64,000 nucleotides of DNA from Ginglymostoma cirratum. Lineage: Eukaryota. The DNA is taken from contig JAHRHZ010000069.1 of NCBI GenBank assembly GCA_024137785.1, forward strand, positions 6,041,734 to 6,105,733, read 5' to 3'. Shown here in pieces: positions 12,600-24,110 of this stretch (position 1 is its first letter; each line of letters starts with the position of its first letter). Made by a program: the position numbers and the translations under genes. The notes beneath the pieces are model-generated. The model saw nothing but the letters and a program-made list of their open reading frames with translations. It did not search any database and was not told the DNA's origin.

Positions 12600-14330
12600 G
12601 TGGAGAAGGAGGCTACTCAATCTATGAGTCCACTCTGATCAACAAAGATCTGATTGCACTAATCCCATTTTTCAGTTTGTGGCCCTGGAGTCTATGGCAA
12701 AGTAAATAAATATTTGAATACTGCTTAAATGCTACAAGAGTTTCTATCTCAATCACCCTTTCAGGTAATGAGTTCCAGAATTTAGTCCACTTTTGTTTAA
12801 AAAAAAATCTCCTCAACAGCTTTCAACATCTTACCTTAAATCTATGCCCCCTTGTTATTGAGCTCTCTACTAATGAAAATAGTGTCTTCCTATCCACTCT
12901 ATCTATGTCCCTCACTACTTTACACACCTTTAGCAGGTCCCCTCTCAATCTTTGTTGCTGTAAGGATAACAACCCCAGTTTGTCCAAATTTTCCTCATAG
13001 CCCTCCAGCCTGGGCAGTATCCTGGCAAACCTCCTCTGCACCCTCTCTGACGTACTCTCATCCTTCCTATAATGTGGTGACTGGAACAGCACATAGTACT
13101 CCAGTTGTGAATGAAACAGCATTTTATGCAGTTCCAGCAAAACCTCCCTGCTCTTGTATTCCGCACCTCACCTCAGCACCAAAGACAAGCATCACACATT
13201 TCTTCTTCACCATACTACCTTCTTACTCTGTTGCCTTCTGGGATCTGTGGATATGCCCACCAAAATTCTTCTGATCTTCAGTCATTTATGGGACTCAGTC
13301 ATTCACAGTGTAATCCTTTGCTTTGATAGCCCTCCCCCAGGTATATTACCTCACAGCTTTATGGGCTGAATTCCATTTGCCACTGCTTTGCCCAGCGGAC
13401 CAGTCCATTGATATCCACCTGCAGTTTATGGCTATTCTCCTTCCTATTAACCAACATACCAAGTTTTGTGTCACCTCCAAACCTCTTGATCATATCTCCT
13501 ACATTTAAGTCCGAGTCACTGATGTGTACCACAAACAGCAAGGGCGTCAGCATTGAGCCCTGAGGAACCCCAACAGAAACAGATTTCCAGTCACCGAAAC
13601 CTCCCTCTACTTTCACTCTCTGCTTTCTGCCTCTCCGTCAATAGTGCACCCAACATACCATGTTGAATCGCATGGGCTGTTACTCTCTTGACCAGTCTGC
13701 TTTGGGGGTCCTTACTACAAGAGCCTTGCTAAAGACCATATAGACCACGTCAAATGCATTTCACTTAACAACACTCCTGGTTACTTCCTCAAACGTACAA
13801 TCAAATTTGTCAAACATGACCTTCCCTGAATAAATCCATGTTGACTATCCCTGATTAGTCCATCTTTCAGTGCAAATATATTCTGTCCCTCCGATTACTT
13901 TCTAATAAGCTCCCCTTCACAGAGCTTAGCGCGACTGGCCTGTAATTTCCTTGTCTATCCCTTCCTCCCTGAACACTTCTCCAGTCCTCTGGCATCTTGC
14001 CTGCGGCCAGAGGATTTGAAACTTACTGCCAGGGTCCCTGGCATCTTCCCCCTTGTCTCATTGAAAATCTCATCAAGGCCTGAGGAATCATCCACTTTAA
14101 ATGCTGTTGAACTCATTTGCAACTCCCTTCTCTCTCTATGCTATTTCTTTATTATTTCACAATGTCCTGCCCTTATTTCTGTTCCTGCAATATCCTTTCC
14201 CATTGTGAAGCCTGTTGCAAAGTACTCATTAGGGGCTGCCCATGTCTCCTGTGTCCCTACGCATATTAGCCCCATGGCCACTACTGGGCCCTCTTCTTAC
14301 CCTGGTTATTGTCATCTTCCTTGTACATTT
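12600..14330 (-). mobile_element. Decayed CR1 LINE
   Basis: ORFs GVPQGSML...RFGGDTKL...WQMEF (13359-13616), LEYYVLFQSPHYRKD...RLRGDLLKV (12823-13140) and FWNSLPERVIE. Confidence 0.9.
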
Positions 14331-14664
14331 TGAAAGAAAGACCCTTTGGGTTTTCCTGTATTACACCCAACAATGCTTCTTTTTTACATTCTTTTTGCTT
14401 TAGTACTTTAAGCTTAAACATTAATTTTTCAACTAGTAATAGAATGTCCAACCAGGGAATATAATTTATTTCTAATTACCGTGCCTTAATATTTTGAAAC
14501 TTTAGAATAACTACCCCATAATTTTCTAAATATCAGGACGTACAACTCAATAACCTCTCCTCATAATTTAATCCTTTGAGTGCAGGTATCATTCTAGTTA
14601 ATGTTACATTGTACTCCCTCTAAATTCATACTTCACTCCTCTCTTCCCAAAGGATGACCCAAAC

Positions 14665-14985
14665 GAGAGCTCAGGGTTTAGTGAGAGGAAGGAGCTGAAG
14701 CAAATTTGTTTTGAAATTGATGGGGTTGAAGACTGATAAATCCCCAGTGCTTGATAATCTACATCCCATAGTACGTAAGGAAGTGGTCCTAGAAATAGTG
14801 GATGCAATGGCGGTCATCTTCCAGGACTGTTTAGATTTTGGAACATTTCCTACAGATTGGGCAGTAGCTAAAGTAACCTACCTATTTAAAAAGGGAGGTG
14901 GAGAGAAAACAGACAATTTATGGAAACGAAGCAGACAGACAAGTCAGCCTGACATCAGTACTGGGGAAGATGCTAGAGTCGAGGA
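14665..14985 (+). mobile_element. CR1 ORF2 internal fragment
   Basis: KLMGLKTDKSPVLDNLHPIVRKEVVLEIVDAM...DWAVAKVTYLFKKG. Confidence 0.85.
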
Positions 14986-15584
14986 CGTTATAGGATCCTT
15001 CTGGCCAAGTATTCCAGTAGACTGGCATGATGGTCTTGTCCCAGAATGGTAGTCTCATCTCAGCTATATCTTCAGAGTATTCTATCATTCCTTCATCAGC
15101 TTTCCCCAATCCCAGGAGCCATTAACTGAACAATGACAAACTTTGCCTTAGTTATTCTTAATTAATATGTACGACTTCTGTCAGCCATACAGGTGTTGTA
15201 GTCTGGCGTCTTATAAAACTTCTCGCTGTATTTTTCATGTATAAGTACTAGTGACGCTCAGTTTCTATTCTGTTTCTATTCAATTTTGTGCTTTTCTAAT
15301 GACTATTTACTCCCTGTTCCCACCTACCTCCATAAAATTTTATCCCTTAGTTATCAAGCTCTGCCTTAAGGACTCTGCTTACACTACCTTCTGAGGAGAA
15401 AGTTCCAAAGACACTCATCCCTCTGTGAGAAAAACTGAAAATCTCAAAAGAAATAGACAGAAAATGACTGTCTATGGAAATCACGAATTGCAATATTTCC
15501 ATTGCAATCTCTGCTTACCTCTATGCCACTAATTTTGAACAGTAACTGTTGATGACCCAGTCCTGTGATAAAAATGGGGCAATT

Positions 15585-15885
15585 GATATTGAGGGAGTGT
15601 TATACTGTCAGAGGAGCAATTGTCTGAATGAGACAGTAAAACAAACCTGAGTCTGTCTTTGTATAGTCATGTAACTATCTTACGGCACTATTTGAAGAAG
15701 AACTGGGTAGTTCCCTAATGTTCAGTCCAATGTTTAACAGGTCATCTAGCCATTATTGCATTACCCTTTATACAAAGTTTCTGTGCACAAATTAGCTGTG
15801 GAATTTCCTACATTACAACAATGGTTACACTTGAAAAGTTATTTTTTCTAAAGATTGGTTTAAAAAGGATAATAAATGCAGGTTT
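15585..15885 (+). mobile_element. DeuSINE/SacSINE1-like SINE
   Basis: GGCACTATTTGAAGAAGA, TGTGCACAAATTAGCTG, CCTACATTACAACA and ATAAATGCAGG; same layout as 5735-6165. Confidence 0.65.
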
Positions 15886-16085
15886 CACCTTTTTCATGAT
15901 TTATTCACACAACTTGCTGACATTTACACCATACTAACATTTTATACGGAACCTGCTCAAATGAAATAAGCTTTCAGCCTGACTGTTAAGTGATTCATCT
16001 ATAGAGGCTCATTTGAGGAGTGCAGTAAGAAAGCTCACAGAACAATTTATAAACCATTTCTCTGCTCTTTCTAATTAAATTGCAG

Positions 16086-16111
16086 GGTATGACAAGGAAG
16101 ATTCAAAGGAG
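16086..16111 (+). other. Candidate 26-nt microexon
   Basis: TTTCTCTGCTCTTTCTAATTAAATTGCAG|GGTATGACAAGGAAGATTCAAAGGAG|GTAAGT; purine-rich body. Confidence 0.35.
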
Positions 16112-16334
16112 GTAAGTTGTAAATTGATTCTCTTAAATTAAGCATAGCTGAGAAAAGGTACATTTTGTTGAAGTTTTTCATCTTGGTCCATCAGGAGAAT
16201 TCAATAGTTGTCAATGTAAATCTTTACATACTTAGGATTATCCAGTAAATGTTGTCCAACTGCAGAATCAGGTCTCATGTTGAACTCTATGTTCTAAATT
16301 TTGCAAGCATGGGCTCGTTGGATATAATTGATAC

Positions 16335-16850
16335 CTTGCTTGTTGCCAAAGGGATACACTGTTTCGTATGGTCCATTAGTCCTTGGGATATATGCCTACA
16401 TACCTGGCATCATATCAGTACTGGAATTCATTGCCTACATTATGCTATTGTGAGATAGACAGGAAATCTTTTCAACTTCACCAATGTAAGGTTGTCAGTC
16501 AGGCTCACAGTGGAGTGCACTTGCTGTGTACGCAGAGCTGCACATGTTATCTCACAGTATTCTGGATGTTACAAATAGAAAGGACATGTGCAGATACTGC
16601 ACGTGTCTCAACTCAACAAAATAGGAGATAGCTAAATCTAAACACAGCCTGGGAGTTAACAGTCAATCGTTGTTAACGGGTGTATTCCCTGTCAGACTCC
16701 ACTTGCTAACCAATCAGCACTCTTCTCTTAAACAGTAGAAATGTTGGTTTTTCACTTTGATTGGTATTCTGGTGAGTGAGAGGTGAAAAGCTTAAACAAA
16801 ATGTGACCCTTTGTGCAATACTAAAGTTCTGTACTACCAAGTAACCATTT
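16335..16850 (+). mobile_element. Old Penelope-like 3' fragment (GIY-YIG remnant + pLTR with decayed HHR)
   Basis: GTCAGTCAGGCTCACAGTG... coding remnant, ACTCCACTTGCTAACCAATCAGCAC, and CTGGTGA...GAAAAGCTTA at 16769-16794. Confidence 0.5.
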
Positions 16851-17629
16851 GCACCAGGAAATACACAATAAAGTCTTTACACGCAAACAAAAATCAATGG
16901 GCTTCCAGATCGAACAGCGGATGGAAAAGGTCAGGGAGAATTTTAGAAGCTATTGAGAGCGTTGTATTCCTGGTTGAATGATTTTTAGATGGGCTGAATG
17001 GCTTTCCATTCTCATGATTGCCTTGTGGATCTCATGAATTACTCCATTTCTGATAAGGTTACGTTTGTGCCTCAGAAGGAAGTCTATGCGCTCAAGTTGT
17101 TGTTTTGATTATATTTACCAAATTGCATCTTTTTAACGTAAGAATGTAGGAAAAGTCAGAGATAAGAAGGATTCAAATGGAAAATTAAAAGAAATCCCGC
17201 AGTAAAATCCACTCCCACATTTAATCATCAGCAATTTGTCATCCCTACTGCTTTCACCTCAGTTATTGTTAGCTAGCTAATTTGCTCAGGATGTTTATCA
17301 ATGTTGGAGTAAAAATGCTCGTTCGGCTATGTATTTTAGTATGAAGGGCTGCTAATGCAGCTCCCGTATGGTGATGGTGGTGCAGTTCAATTATTAAATG
17401 TCCAGGCTTTCTCTGCATGCAAGTGAGCTAAAATATTGAACAGGTTGGAACTCTTTATGTGGAATACAGAAGACTGAAGGTGATCTAATATGAAGCAATT
17501 TAATCAGGAGATGTAGAGAAGACAGCTCCACTTCTGGAAAGTTCAAAACTAGACGTAATGAAGCTGAGATGGTTATTGCTAAATCCAATGAGGAATTCAT
17601 GTGAAACTCCTTTCTCAAAGGTTTGGGTT

Positions 17630-18055
17630 GCAAAGAAAAGCTGGATAGGCTAGGACTTTTTTCGCTGGAGCATGAGAGGTTGAGAGGTGACCTTACAGAA
17701 GTTTATAAAGTTGAGGAGTACAGATAGGGTTAATGGTAGGTATCTTTTCCCTAGGATGGGGGATTTCAAGACTAGGGGGCACATTCTTAAAGTGACAGGA
17801 GAGATATTTAAAAAAGACATGGGGATAAAATTGTTTACACAGAGGGTGGTTCGTGTGTGGAATGAACTTCCTGAGGAAGCGGAGGATGTGAGTACAATTA
17901 CAATGTTTAAAAGATATTTTGATAAGTTCATGAATAGGAAAGGTTTGCAAGGATATGGGCCAGAAGAGGCAGCTGGTCCTAGCTTAGTTTGGGATTATGG
18001 TTTGGCATGGACTGGTTAGACCAAAGGGTCTGTTTCCATGCTGTATGACACTATG
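17630..18055 (+). mobile_element. CR1 (HER1-type) 3' fragment
   Basis: ORF 17687-18019 YLFPRMGDFKTRGH...FTQRVVRVWNELPEE, followed by the 3'UTR. Confidence 0.9.
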
Positions 18056-18119
18056 ATGTTGAACATGTTGAATGCTGGTGGGGCGATTACTATTGATGGA
18101 GATGCCATCTCCTGTCAGC

Positions 18120-18520
18120 GGTTGAACAGCTCCCATTTGAGTTACAACGCAGATTCTGTCTTTCAACTGATTATGATCTTCATGCTAAGACTACTTCAAG
18201 GAAAATGCAGACAACAGCAGAAACTTCTATGTATGGCCTTCTTTGACCACACAAAGTCTGACTCTGTCAATCAAGTGGAATGTTCTTTCCTCCGTTTGGT
18301 TACAGCAGAATTCATCCCATCCTGCATGACAGAAAATGAGCTCTGATTGTCACCAATGGTCCCACCCAATACTTGAGCTACTGGTCTCAAGTAAGGCACT
18401 GTCATGGCACCAATGGTCTTCTGTATCCTCTTTTCCACAACATTCACCTCATGTCCATGAAGCGCCCTGCTGGTGTGTAGCTAATCCACAGGATAAGTGG
18501 GGAACTATCCCACTATGGAA
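18120..18520 (+). mobile_element. RTE-clade LINE RT fragment
   Basis: MIFMLRLLQGKCRQQQKLLCMAFFDHTKSDSVN matches the RTE signature RQLQEKCREQ..PLYMAFIDLTKAFDSVNR. Confidence 0.75.
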
Positions 18521-18599
18521 AACTAATTTTATGAAACTTAGAATACACAGAATAGGTTGCACTGATTCTAAAAGGTGAAAAGAGGTCCTGGATTCTTCT

Positions 18600-18782
18600 G
18601 AAATAAAAGCAAAAATTGCTCAGCAGGTCTGGCGGTATCCGTGGAGAGAGAAACAGTTCACATTTCAAGTACAATAAGACTCTTCTTCAAGTCCTGACTC
18701 TGCCAGACTCATTGGGTTTCTCCAAAAATTTCTGTTCATATTTCAGAATTACAGCATCTGCAGTATTTTGCCTTCTTTTGCC
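18600..18782. mobile_element. Penelope-derived short inverted-repeat element
   Basis: CTCAGCAGGTCTGGCGGTATCCGTGGAGAGAGAAAC ... CTGCCAGACTC...CAGCATCTGCAGTATTTTGC; same family as 21200-21400 and 57076-57450. Confidence 0.6.
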
Positions 18783-19639
18783 TAGCCACGCTTGGATAGT
18801 ATTGGATTATGGTGAGATGACATTAACATAGTTATGATTGCTTTACACATGTTAAAATAAACTAAAATTTGACAAACCTCTGATATAAATGGGGTAGATT
18901 TGGTTCCACAATAATTTTATGAAAAAAAACTCTCCTGACAGGAATAAAAAAAATAGTTTTGTCAGAAACAAGTCTTAATGTCTCACCTGACTGATATAAG
19001 ATTAATGGGCAAGTATTTGATTTATGGGCTGAATGAGCATTCAAATACCACATTTTATTATTTTTGACAGCTTAATATATTGACATGAACACCTGCAATG
19101 TCCTATTTTGTATATAAGTACATACATATTCCTTCACTAAATTGAATCAAGAAGCTTTTAAATGTGTTTGATCATATGACATACTTTGATTTATAAACTT
19201 GAGCACATTCAGCAGCTTGTCAAAAATGAATGTATATCATTTGTTGCATCATACAGGATTGGTGTGTGAGATTTTATTGTGAGTACTTATAACATCACAA
19301 ATGATCTTCTAATCTTTTTTTTAAACAAGGTCAAGCATTAGACAGGGCAAAACGTGTCAAGAGAAAAACTAATGGCTGGTTTATTTTATTCAAGATTTAC
19401 GACAGAAGAACTGAAAGGTCTTTATTTGCGGATGAGACCGTGGTGTATTTGCATGAGAAGAAGTGAAAATCAAGCCACGATTCAGTGGATTTACTCTTGC
19501 CCCTGAATCAGGCAAATCGTTGCATTGTTAATGGTTGCTACAAATAGCTTTGTGTCTTTCTTTTTTCTCCATTTCGCATACTTACAAAAGTCAGTCTTGT
19601 CTCAGTGCTGGCTGTTTCTCTTTCCAAGTGAGAAGACTT

Positions 19640-19880
19640 GCTTTCCCACTTCAGAAATAAAGGCACAAAATGCAGACTGGCACTCTCGTGCCATGCTGAA
19701 AAAATGCTGCACTCCTGGAAACGCCATCTGTTGGATTGTAGGTCCTCTTGGGTGGATGCTACCGTGAAGAAGAACAATGGATTCTTTTTCCTGGTAAAGA
19801 AGAATATTTTGTTGTAATCAAATTGCTCCTAGTGTAACCATTATTGCATTCAGGAACAGCATATATCAGGAAAGGATTAA
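19640..19880 (+). mobile_element. Degenerate DeuSINE-like fragment
   Basis: GCTGAAAAAATGCTGCACTCCTGGAAACGCCATCT...GTGAAGAAGAACA resembles the copies at 5735 and 15585. Confidence 0.4.
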
Positions 19881-20944
19881 ATATACCTTTGCTGTATGAA
19901 TAGATATTGAGCATGTATGTAAGGAGATATATCACCAAGATGTCAGATTGCACAAGAATGGGGACCTGAATCTGATGTTCAGGAGGTGTCCTCTCCTACC
20001 GTCTCTTACATGTTCAATCAAGGGTTATTAACAATTACTGACAAGGATGTGGGCTATCTTCTATCAACAAACAAGACCTGATCATACCGCAGATTTGTCA
20101 AATGTATATGAATTGTGTTTGATTATATGCAGGCAGTGTTTAAAAAAGAATTAAAATGAAAGGTGGATGTTGGTACTATAGAAAACGAGTCTGGAGATTT
20201 GATAATTGAAAATAAAGATGAATTGAACAGATATTTTGCCTTATTCATCTCCTTATAAGATAGAAGTAACATCTCAGAAGCAGCTATAAATCTGGAAATG
20301 GAAAGGAGGGAGTAATTCAGGAAAATTACAGTCACCTGAGAAATGATCCTGAGTATATTTTGGAGCTAGAGGCTAAAAATGATTGGTTTCTGATCAAGTC
20401 CATCCTAGGGTCGAAACAAACCAACTAATGAGATAGATTTAATTTTCCAAAACTCTCTTGATTGATTTGGAAGACAGTGAATGCAACTCCTTTACTTAAG
20501 AGGAGAGAAAACTTCAGAGCAGTTGGCTTAATAGCTTACATAGGGAAAAGGTTAGAATCTGTTATTAAGATATTACATCAGAGCACTTGGATAAATCTGA
20601 CGTAATCAGGAAAAGACAATATTGTTTTACGAAAAGGATAACCTATTTGACCAATCCATTGGGGTTATTTGAATATGTAATACTTGCTATGGATAAAGGG
20701 GAAACCAGTGAGGTACTATGAGATTTACAGATTGCATTTGATAAAGTGTGGCATCAAAGGTTATTATGGAAAGTAATAGCTCATGATGTAGGGGTTTAGA
20801 CATTGGTTTGGAGAGAAGATTGGCTGACTAACAGGAAGCAGAAATTGGATATAATTATCTTTTTCAGGTTGGTAAAATGTATCGAGTGGTGTGCTCAGGG
20901 ACATCAGCTCTTTACAATTTATGAAAATGACTGAGGAAAAGAGA

Positions 20945-21040
20945 CAGAGGGCTTTTGTGGCGCAGTTGTAGCATTGCTACCTCTGGACTAGAAAGCCTGG
21001 GTACTAGTCCCACCTACTCCAGAGGTGTGTTAACATTTTG
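20945..21040 (+). mobile_element. tRNA-derived SINE head
   Basis: TGTGGCGCAGTTG (A-box-like) and GGGTACTAGTCCC (B-box-like); a related copy lies at 60893-60985. Confidence 0.55.
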
Positions 21041-21199
21041 ATTAGGAAAATATTGCAGTGAAGGGACAAAATGTATGATTATCAAATTTGCTTAATACAC
21101 AAAGATAGGAACGAAAGTAAGTTGTGAGATGGACATAAGGGACCATAAAAAGATGGTGGAAATGTCCATTTTGGCTGAAAGAATTTTTAAAAAAAGCAT

Positions 21200-21402
21200 G
21201 AACAAAACCAAAGTTGCTAGAAATGCTCAGCAGGTATGGCAGCATCTGTGAAGAAAAAATAGAGTTTTTTTTTGGGTTTTGGCTTACCAGACCCGAAACG
21301 TTAACACTGTTTTTCCCTTCACAGATGCTGCCAGACCTGCTGAGCTTTTCCAGCAATTTTGGTTTTCTTCCTGATTTACAGCATCCACAGTTCTTTTGAT
21401 TG
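21200..21402. mobile_element. Penelope-derived palindromic element with TSD
   Basis: Arms AAAGTTGCTAGAAATGCTCAGCAGGTATGGCAGCATCTGTGAAG / CTTCACAGATGCTGCCAGACCTGCTGAGCTTTTCCAGCAATTTT; half-HHR GACCCGAAACGTTA; flanked by TTTTAAAAAAA(A)GCAT at about 21185-21199 and 21403-21418. Confidence 0.8.
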
Positions 21403-22134
21403 TTTTAAAAAAAAGCATATTATCTAAATGGTGAGAGACAGTAGAACTCTGAAATGCAGAAGGATCTGGGTAACTAATATATGATTTGCAAAATGTTAGT
21501 ATACTGGTATTGGAAGCAATTAGAAAATTTAGTAGAATGTTTTCATTTATCATGAGAACAATTTAATACAAATGTTAGAAGGTTATGCTTGAATTATACA
21601 GGGCATTGGCGAGAGCTTGTTTGGAATATTTTTCACAGTACTGGTCACCTTATTAAAAGAAAGACGTAAATGCATTAGGAGCAGTTTGGAGAACATTTAC
21701 TAGATTAATACCTGTAATGAGTTAGTTGTCAAATGGTTAGGTTAGACAGTCTAGGCTTGTATTGCTGGAATTTATAAGAGTAAGAGGTGACTTATAAGCT
21801 CGTGAAGGGTCTTGATAGGGTAGACGTGGAGAGGATGTTTCCTCTTGTGGGAGAATCTAGAATTAGAGCTCATTGTTTAACAATTGGGGGTAGTCCATTT
21901 AAAACAGATTAGATATTTTTTCTCTGGGTGTCATGAGTCTTTGGAACTCCTTTCCTGAAAAAGTGGCAGAAGCAGAGTCCTTGAACATTTCTGTGGTAGA
22001 AGGAGATAGACTCTTGTTAAGCAAAGGAGTGAAAGGCTATTGGACTAATCAGATTTCAGGTTAGAATGAGATTATTGAATGATGGTGTCAACTCAAGAGG
22101 CTACATGTTATTCTTGCTCCTAATTGGATTTATT

Positions 22135-23405
22135 AGTGATAGGCAGCATGGGTTTGTGTGGGGAAGGCCATTTCTTGTCAATTTGATTGAGTTTTTGAGG
22201 AGATGACAGCAATGATTGATGAGGGAAGTGCAGTGGATGTTAGTATAGCATGGACTTTCGTATAGCATTTGATAAGCTACCTCATGGCAGGCTTGTACAA
22301 AAGGTAGAGTCTCATGGGATCTGGGGTGTGGTGGCTAGTTTGATACAAAACTAGCTTGGTCGTAGAAGACAGAGAGTAATAGTGGAAAGGTGCTTTTTGG
22401 AATGGAGATCAGTAACTAGTGGTGTGCCACAGGGATCAGTGCTGGCATCTTTATAGGTTACAATATATATAAATGATCTGGAGGAAAATGTAAGTGGTTT
22501 GATTAGTGAGTTTGCAGATGGCACCAAAATTGGCAGAGTTGCAGAAAGTCAGGATGATTGACAAAGGATACATCAAGATAAACATCAATTGCAGATTTGG
22601 GCAGAGAAATGGCGAATGGAGTTTAACTGTGAGCTGATGCAATTTGGGAGATTAAATTCAGGTGTGAGTTTGAACCTTTAGGAGCATTGACATGCAGAGG
22701 GATCTGAACGTACAGGTCCACTGATCCCTGAAAGTGGCAACACAGGTGGATGAGATTGTCAAGAAGGCATACAGCACACTTACCTTTTTTGGCCAGGGCT
22801 TCGAAAGTTGGCAAATTATGTTATGGCTGTACAAAACTTTAGTTAGGCCACAATCAGAATGTTGTGTGCACTTCTGATTGTTACACTACCAGGAGAATGT
22901 GGATGGTTTAGAGAGGGTGCAGAGAAGGTTTACCAGGATGTTGCCTGGTCTGGAGGGTTTTAGTTATGAGGAGAGGCTGGATAAACTCAGATTGTTTTCA
23001 CTAGATAGACTGGGGCTGAGGGGTGGCCTGATAGAGGTCTACAAAATTATGGCAGGCATAGATAGATTGGATAGTTAGAGGCTTTTTCCCAGGGTAGAGA
23101 GGTCAACTACAAGAGGGCGCAGGTTCAAGGTGAGTGGGGGGAAGTTTAGGGGAGAAGTGCGGGAAAATTTTTCAAAGGATGGTGGGTGCCTGGAGCACAC
23201 TGCCAGTGGAGGTGGTGGAAACAGGGACGTTAGCAACATTTTAAGTTGTACATTGATAGAAGTGGGAGCAGGAGGCAAACAGAGGGATAGATACCGTGTA
23301 TGGGTAATAAATAGCATGCCTAAATAAGGATTAGGAATTGGCGCAGGCTTGGTGGGCCAAAGGGCCTGTTCCTGTGCTGTGTTGAATTGTATTATATTAT
23401 GTTTT
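22135..23405 (+). mobile_element. CR1 LINE (second subfamily), 3' half
   Basis: GGTGTGCCACAGGGATCAGTGCTGG (GVPQGSVL), FADGTKIG, and ORF LERVQRRFTRMLPGLEGFSYEERLDKL...RGGLIEVYKIM. Confidence 0.9.
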
Positions 23406-23699
23406 ATCATTTGTATGTTAGTAACAGAATCGTAGACTATTTTCCCAATGGCGATACCATGTCAAATAAATACAAAATGATTATTTTTTGTTTATTGTCT
23501 AATTGTGTTGATTTGTAAATATTTTTGTTAAAATCATCAATGTTATAATTATAGAATTGGCTCACAGCACTTATTAAGCCAAATGACAGAAATTAATATC
23601 AGAAGCATAATTAGTAACATAGAAGGCTCAGTGGGCATGTGAATTCAACTTATATGCTAACTCAGCTTCCCAGTGCTATCAAAATCAAGTCCAATTCTA

Positions 23700-24110
23700 A
23701 TCTCTCAGTAGTTCCTTCAGATCCTACTGTTTGACCTACTGGCTCCCTGTCCTGGGCAAAGTTAGCACCTTCCGCGCCATCTACATCAGGACATAATTGC
23801 AGCAGGCAGGCTGCGGGTTTATTCCAATACAAGCCTGCTTTTATTGAATTGTCCCCTCAACCCATCAGCAATCTGTTTCCCCACAGACCACCCCATATGG
23901 TTACACCCACCGTGCTAAGGATCTATGGCAGGAGAAAACATTCTCCAGAAATAGTGCTCTCATCATAGGCCCCACTACGCATCTACTTAGCGTTGATCTC
24001 CTCAACAATGGTGGGCCCTTTTTAACCATTTCTGGACTGGTCATAGCCTTTGATTGGGGTCCATCATCACTGGGGTTACTAGGGACAAGCAAGCTATCAA
24101 CCGGCATGTG
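23700..24110 (+). mobile_element. Vingi/Ingi-like LINE C-terminal fossil
   Basis: Frameshifted translation gives YWLPVL and PTTHLLSVDL..QWWALFNHFWTGHSL, resembling WLPVLANIAPP...PGFDLPRxxWxxLNRFRTGHG. Confidence 0.55.

Larger units (their letters stand above)
20130..22130 (+). mobile_element. Old CR1 LINE interrupted by a SINE head (20945-21040) and a Penelope IR element (21200-21402)
   Basis: Collinear with 2150-3950 (GCATTTGATAAAGTG, GATTGGCTGACTAACAGGAAGCAGA, TTTGGAACTCC) with many stops. Confidence 0.85.

Noticed and set aside
15520-15563. 44-nt minus-strand exon candidate (ATCACAG / GTAAGC)
   Set aside because: It is wedged between repeat remnants and is on the opposite strand to the other candidates; such matches are expected by chance.
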